From: Candidatus Latescibacterota bacterium
GTDB lineage: Bacteria > Latescibacterota > UBA2968 > SICM01
DNA length: 64,000 nt
Assembly: GCA_965217865.1 (NCBI GenBank)
Contig: CBDCJO010000001.1
Span: 128,001-192,000 of the forward strand
Direction: 5' to 3'
Program-made: the position numbers and the translations under genes
Notes under the pieces: generated by a model
What the model was told of the DNA's origin: nothing
Seen by the model: only the letters and a program-made list of their open reading frames with translations
Databases searched by the model: none
Part shown: positions 59,320 through 64,000 of the stretch, piece after piece
Numbering within the stretch: the stretch's first letter is position 1
Layout: every line of letters starts with the position of its first letter

Positions 59320-59445
59320 AGGAAGAAAGTGGGAAGCCCGGAGTCGTTACCGAATCTCTTTGACGCCGGATTCCGGACAGAATGACTTCACGATTTTGAT
59401 CTTCTCCTGGTTCCCGGGATTCTGGTGCAGGGTGGGTCGGATGGG

Positions 59446-61749
59446 CTATTTTTTCAGGACTTTTCCCCGGAGATAATTTAAGGCCTCCTTGACGGACTTG
59501 TCCTCCGGATTCATCTTTCTCAACTCCTCCAGGGCTACGATCGCTTCGGGAATAGAACCTTTCCTTTCAAGGGCGACGGCTATGTTGAATTTCGCGGACT
59601 CAATGACTCGTAGCTTTTCTGACCCGCTCATGCCATCCCCCCCCCGAACACCGTCGATCGCCCTCCTGTAAAGATCGATAGCTTGATCGAAAGCCCCCAC
59701 CTCGACCATCGCATCAGCAAACCCGAGCCGCTGTCCCGGATCGGATTCCAGAATCACATTTTCCGCCCAGCGAAGGACCTCTCGTGCCTTCTCCTTTTCC
59801 CCATCCTCGTGGAAGGCCCTTGCCACACGGAGGCAGACGGATTTATAGTTCGAAAGAAGGTCTTCGGTATCCCCCTCCTTGGAGATCTCCGCGTCATTGA
59901 TCCCACGGAGTCTATAGACCTCACGAAGATTATGCCACGCCAGATCCGGATCTATCAAAACCCCTCGACGATCCCCCACCCTCGACGCCATCCCTTCCAT
60001 CACGAGAAAGGGCTCCAGGCCAACGGTGTTCTCCTGTGGAACCGTAACGGCGAAGTAGATAGGTCGCTTGCCTTCGGCCCACGCGATCGTTTTCCAGATC
60101 ATGACATCCTGGGCTCGAAGATACAGGTAGGGGGTTTTCGGGATCTCCCACGTGATCCCTCCTGCGCTGACGGCTTTTGTCTTTGGCCAGAATCGGCCGC
60201 TTCTGATCACTTCATCGGCCTCGTTGATCGTGAGCGTCTCGATCTGATCATCCGAATAAGGAATCGGTAAACGGGGTTCGGAATCCCGGAGCTGCTTGAT
60301 ATACCAAGAAGTGTTCAGAAGACTCAGATTGACCACCCGAACATCTTTGCGAACCCCCCCGACTTCCTGAAGGTACCAGAGCGGGTAGGTGTCATTGTCC
60401 CCATTCGTGAACAGAATTGCGTTTTGCCTGCACGTTTGGAGAATATTGTGGGCATAGTCCTGGGCGATAAAATTTCCAGTGCGATCGTGCCTTTCAAATC
60501 CCGATGCTGCAATCCCGGCGGGGATCAGCAAAAGGATGGCGCCAGTGGCAGCGCGTATCCACGGCCTCCTTCTAACGGCCCAAATCAAATCCGCCGCCCC
60601 CAACCCCATCCAGATGGCAAATGCCGCAAACGCCCCCACGAAAACATAATCCCGCTCTCTGGGTTCCGGATCCTCCATATTCAGGTAGACGATCAGGCCA
60701 AGGCTCATGATGATGAACAGCGTCGACATCGCCATAAAGCGCCTCGGATCCTTCCGAAAGTGGACGGTCATGCCCCAAAACCCCAAAACGTATGGAATGG
60801 GGGAAAAGATCACTCTCATCCCCTCCGGCCCCGTTGCCTTTCGGAAGGCTTCCGAAACGATACTCGGGAAATGGAGCGGGAACTGTTGAAGAAGGTATTT
60901 TACGCCCATGTTCCAGATCTGGTAGTCCCAGAATTGAGCTTTCCGATTAAACACGTTCAAAATCAGGCTTCCTTCCACGTACTGGTCCCGGGTCAAAAAC
61001 TTCCAGAAGTTAGAAAGCGTTTCAGGGTCGTTCTGGTCGATTGCCGGTTGAAGGCCGGAGCGAATGAATAACGTTAGGTAAACGGAATATCCAAGCAGGA
61101 ACAAAACGGTTGAACCCACCCATAGTTTTGGCCGTCCGAATGGTCTCGCATCCGTATAGATGATGAGAAGCAAAATTGTAGGGACCGTCAAGAGGCACAT
61201 CAGATGCACCCCACCCCCCAGGCCGAAAAGGTATGCGATGAGAAGAAGGAGACGATCGCTCCAGGGCTCGTTATGCCTTTCCACCCAGACCAGCGCCAGG
61301 TAGAGACCGAGGGAGGTAAACAGCATCGAGAAACCGTATACCTCCGCCTCTGTTGCATTGAGCCAAAAGGTGCTCGAGAAGGCCAGGCTCAGGGAACCGA
61401 CCGCCCCTCCGATATGCGCCGAAATCCTGGCCTCGCGTCCCGACCTCAAACCGATCAACCTAACGGTAACCAGATAGATCAAGCTCACAGAGAGGGCGCT
61501 CGTAAACACGGAAACCAGATTTACCCGAAAAGCAACATCCGAGGTTATCGGTATAAAGCTGAACAAACGCCCGATCAGCACAAACAGGGGTGAACCGGGG
61601 GGATGGGGCACCCCAAGCGTAGTCGCGCAAGCGATAAATTCACCACAATCCCAGAACGACACGGATGGAGCCATCGTCTTCAGGTAGATCCCCAAGGCAA
61701 TCAGGAAAACCCCTCCTGCAACGTATCGGTTCAATCCGTTTTGATCCAT
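59446..61749 (-). CDS. DUF2723 (TMEM260-like GT-C) membrane protein with C-terminal TPR
   Basis: SFWDCGEF, HPPGSPL, EAEVY, RERDYVF, FTNGDNDTYPLWYLQEV, VNLSLLNTSWY. Confidence 0.9.
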   Translation of the reverse strand: MDQNGLNRYVAGGVFLIALGIYLKTMAPSVSFWDCGEFIACATTLGVPHPPGSPLFVLIGRLFSFIPITSDVAFRVNLVSVFTSALSVSLIYLVTVRLIGLRSGREARISAHIGGAVGSLSLAFSSTFWLNATEAEVYGFSMLFTSLGLYLALVWVERHNEPWSDRLLLLIAYLFGLGGGVHLMCLLTVPTILLLIIYTDARPFGRPKLWVGSTVLFLLGYSVYLTLFIRSGLQPAIDQNDPETLSNFWKFLTRDQYVEGSLILNVFNRKAQFWDYQIWNMGVKYLLQQFPLHFPSIVSEAFRKATGPEGMRVIFSPIPYVLGFWGMTVHFRKDPRRFMAMSTLFIIMSLGLIVYLNMEDPEPRERDYVFVGAFAAFAIWMGLGAADLIWAVRRRPWIRAATGAILLLIPAGIAASGFERHDRTGNFIAQDYAHNILQTCRQNAILFTNGDNDTYPLWYLQEVGGVRKDVRVVNLSLLNTSWYIKQLRDSEPRLPIPYSDDQIETLTINEADEVIRSGRFWPKTKAVSAGGITWEIPKTPYLYLRAQDVMIWKTIAWAEGKRPIYFAVTVPQENTVGLEPFLVMEGMASRVGDRRGVLIDPDLAWHNLREVYRLRGINDAEISKEGDTEDLLSNYKSVCLRVARAFHEDGEKEKAREVLRWAENVILESDPGQRLGFADAMVEVGAFDQAIDLYRRAIDGVRGGDGMSGSEKLRVIESAKFNIAVALERKGSIPEAIVALEELRKMNPEDKSVKEALNYLRGKVLKK

Positions 61750-61840
61750 ATCGAAACGCTTGACATGACGAAGAAAATAGAGTTCAATAATAAACAACCG
61801 TCGCCCGGTAGGTGGATTTGGCTTGAGCTGGTGGGATATG

Positions 61841-61963
61841 ACCCACCCCGCCCGGGCTTAAGTCACGCCGGGGGACCCCTCCAGGGAGGGGATTTGGTGA
61901 CCGTTGTTTGGAATACGCCTTGAATATGGAAGTCCCCTCCTTGGAGGGGATTTAGGGGTGGGT
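61841..61963. repeat. Inverted pair of REP-like palindromes
   Basis: ACCCACCCC..CCCCTCCAGGGAGGGGA and TCCCCTCCTTGGAGGGGATTTAGGGGTGGGT. Confidence 0.7.
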
Positions 61964-61966
61964 CTG

Positions 61967-62044
61967 ATGAGGAGAAAGATCCTCAAATACAATCCAAAGC
62001 TAAAGGTGCTTGCCAGAAAGCTGAGAAAGAACATGACTCTGGCG
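61967..62044 (+). pseudogene. 5' remnant of a DUF559 (Vsr-like endonuclease) gene
   Basis: MRRKILKYNPKLKVLARKLRKNMTLA matches the typical DUF559 N-terminus; the rest is absent. Confidence 0.65.
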
Positions 62045-62065
62045 ACCCCTAAACGGGAAGGAACT

Positions 62066-62551
62066 ATGACACCAGAAGAAAGACTCAGCAAAACCCTATT
62101 GAAAAAAGGGCTGCGCATCGCGGTGGCCGAAACCACCACGGGGGGTCTGATTTCCTACCTGATGATCAGACAACCGGGGAGTTCAAATTATTTTGAGCGG
62201 GGAATCGTCGCATACAGCCGGGAATCGAAACTGGACTTGCCAGGCATCTCCGTCGATATGCTGGATCGATTCGGTTCTGTCAGCAAAGAACTCTCGATCG
62301 CCTTGGCCGCCGGGGTTCGCCAACTCGGCGGAGCGGATATCGGAATCGCTGAAACCGGGATAGCCGGCCCCACCCGCGGGAGATCCCCAAAACCGTTGGG
62401 GACCTCGCACATCGCGCTTAGGACAACGACGATGACCCGGACGGAGGAACATCAATTCCAGGGTGACCGAATCGATGTTCAGACGCAGATCGCCGGTCGG
62501 GCCATCGAAATGGTCTTAGAATATCTCGAAGAAGATGCCGGTGAGATATAA
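62066..62551 (+). CDS. pncC: CinA C-terminal / nicotinamide-nucleotide amidohydrolase family protein
   Basis: AVAETTTGGLI, PGSSNYF..G.VAYS..SK, GSVS, TGIAGP. Confidence 0.8.
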   Translation: MTPEERLSKTLLKKGLRIAVAETTTGGLISYLMIRQPGSSNYFERGIVAYSRESKLDLPGISVDMLDRFGSVSKELSIALAAGVRQLGGADIGIAETGIAGPTRGRSPKPLGTSHIALRTTTMTRTEEHQFQGDRIDVQTQIAGRAIEMVLEYLEEDAGEI

Positions 62552-62573
62552 AAAAGGACGAACCTTTTAAAAA

Positions 62574-63305
62574 CTATTTGACCAGCTCCGCAGTCCCCCA
62601 GAGACTGGGGTCATACGCCACGGGGAGATCCGGACCTGCCGACCACGACTGAGTGCCCAGGGATACATCGTAAAGGAGGTAGGTGAACCCGATCCGGGAA
62701 CAAACCGTCGGATCATACCCCGTTAAAGCGGTCGAAGGAAGGTCGATCTCCATAGCATAGCAGCCACTGCGGCGATCGACCCGGGATGCCGTCTGGATAC
62801 CGTCCAGATCCGCGGTCGTCGAATGGCCTCTGGCCAGGGCGATCCGCTCCTGCCCCGCAACCGGTCGGGTGCCTTTGGGTCCTCTTCCCGTTGGTGAAAA
62901 ATAAAAATGGTGACAATACCGGCTTGCCCTCCGTGCGTCCCGGACATCCCGAGTGTCGATCCACACGTGAAAACAGTCTCCGTCTGATCGTTTTTTCGAA
63001 TCCCCCTGAAATCTCCGCTTTCCCTTCACCCCCACCGCGAAGTAGAGACCCTTCTGATTCCACGCCATATAGACTTCTGCAAAAGAATCCAATCCTTCAA
63101 TCTCCATGAGGTTCGGGATTCGAAACCGTTCCTTCCAATTATCGAGTGTTCCATCTATCTTCGGCGCTTCCCTTCGGAAGCGGCAGGGAAAGGCGAACGA
63201 GAAGAAGGTTCGAGCGGGAATTTCAACTTTCATATTTGACCTGAAGGATACAGGTTGATGGGGTTTCCGAGCAAAGGCCAGGTAGAGTCGGAGGTAACGT
63301 CTCAT
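62574..63305 (-). CDS. CBM9/DOMON-like sugar-binding domain protein
   Basis: PKIDG.LD.W, AEVYMAWN..GLYFAV, D...VWIDTRD, W-GT near the C-terminus; start could be 63233. Confidence 0.65.
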   Translation of the reverse strand: MRRYLRLYLAFARKPHQPVSFRSNMKVEIPARTFFSFAFPCRFRREAPKIDGTLDNWKERFRIPNLMEIEGLDSFAEVYMAWNQKGLYFAVGVKGKRRFQGDSKKRSDGDCFHVWIDTRDVRDARRASRYCHHFYFSPTGRGPKGTRPVAGQERIALARGHSTTADLDGIQTASRVDRRSGCYAMEIDLPSTALTGYDPTVCSRIGFTYLLYDVSLGTQSWSAGPDLPVAYDPSLWGTAELVK

Positions 63306-64000
63306 TCGCGACGATTTGGATTTACATCTAGCCTTCGAGGCTCGGACCCTAGCGGATATTGTTTCCTGAACGCGTTCCAGTTTTCAGCATGTTCGTGAAG
63401 TTTCGCCTGGTCGATATCGACGCCGATGCCTGGTTTATCCGGAACTTCAAGACATCCGTCTACAAACCTTAACCGGCCGCCCACGATGATGTCATCGCCG
63501 ATCAACTCATACTGGGTCTGATGGGGATAGCTCAAGATCGGGGAAAAGGCGGCCAGATGCACCATGACAGCCTTCGCCGGGCCCAGTTCATACGCGCTGT
63601 GAAGCACGGTCGGGATTCCGGCCGCCTCCGTAATCGCGGCAGCTTTCCTGATCCCGTGGACCCCCATGTTTCGGTGCGGGATCACGACGACATCCGCCGC
63701 TTCTTTCTTGACCACCTGGAGCGTGGCCGCAGGTGAGGCCGCCGCGGGTCCGTGGGCGCAGATGGGTGCCCCTACCTGCCTTTTGATGTCCGCCAAAAGA
63801 TCAAGGTCGGGGACGGGATCCTCCACATAAAAGGGCTGATACTTTTCCATCTTCCGAATCATCCGGAGGGCTGTCTCCTCCGACCAGTGTCCGTTCGCAT
63901 CCATCACAAGCTTGACGTCCGGTCCGACCCCCTCCCGAACCGCTTCGATGACCTCCAGATCCTCCTCCTCCGTGCCCCCCATGGCCCCGACTTTGATCTG
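63302..64000 (-). CDS. Mandelate racemase / muconate lactonizing enzyme family protein (5' end outside the window)
   Basis: KVG, MDANGHW, VEDP, VPDKPGIGVDID. Confidence 0.88.
   Translation of the reverse strand, partial: QIKVGAMGGTEEEDLEVIEAVREGVGPDVKLVMDANGHWSEETALRMIRKMEKYQPFYVEDPVPDLDLLADIKRQVGAPICAHGPAAASPAATLQVVKKEAADVVVIPHRNMGVHGIRKAAAITEAAGIPTVLHSAYELGPAKAVMVHLAAFSPILSYPHQTQYELIGDDIIVGGRLRFVDGCLEVPDKPGIGVDIDQAKLHEHAENWNAFRKQYPLGSEPRRLDVNPNRRE

Overview
Bacterial chromosomal window of moderately high GC. It most resembles Latescibacterota/Handelsmanbacteria-type (FCB-related) genomes, an inference from the paired EF-hand-like 'DFDG..DFFLFA.AFG' C-terminal tags and a FlgD-Ig/T9SS-like C-terminal domain. 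Housekeeping and metabolic genes include ftsH, a TamA/BamA-family protein, obgE, thrC, ggt, rlmB, an rlmI-like gene, pyruvoyl arginine decarboxylase, sbcD-sbcC, alr, pncC and tRNA-Arg(UCG). Secreted repeat proteins include two tandem NHL/Ig paralogues (the second broken), a large FG-GAP/HYR/FlgD-Ig gene split by a 2.3-kb P4-like integrase element, and an FN3 lipoprotein cut by IS1595. There are two IS elements. The strongest unexplained signal is non-coding: about a dozen intergenic mosaic arrays of degenerate 7-mers. Most are purine-rich just after stop codons and pyrimidine-rich just before start codons, and two near-identical copies differ by exactly one 7-mer. Also present are REP-like palindromes with a DUF559 remnant, a perfect CRP box, and several structured long leaders. 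Family names come from motif recognition only; no searches were run. Some single-base frameshifts could be assembly errors.
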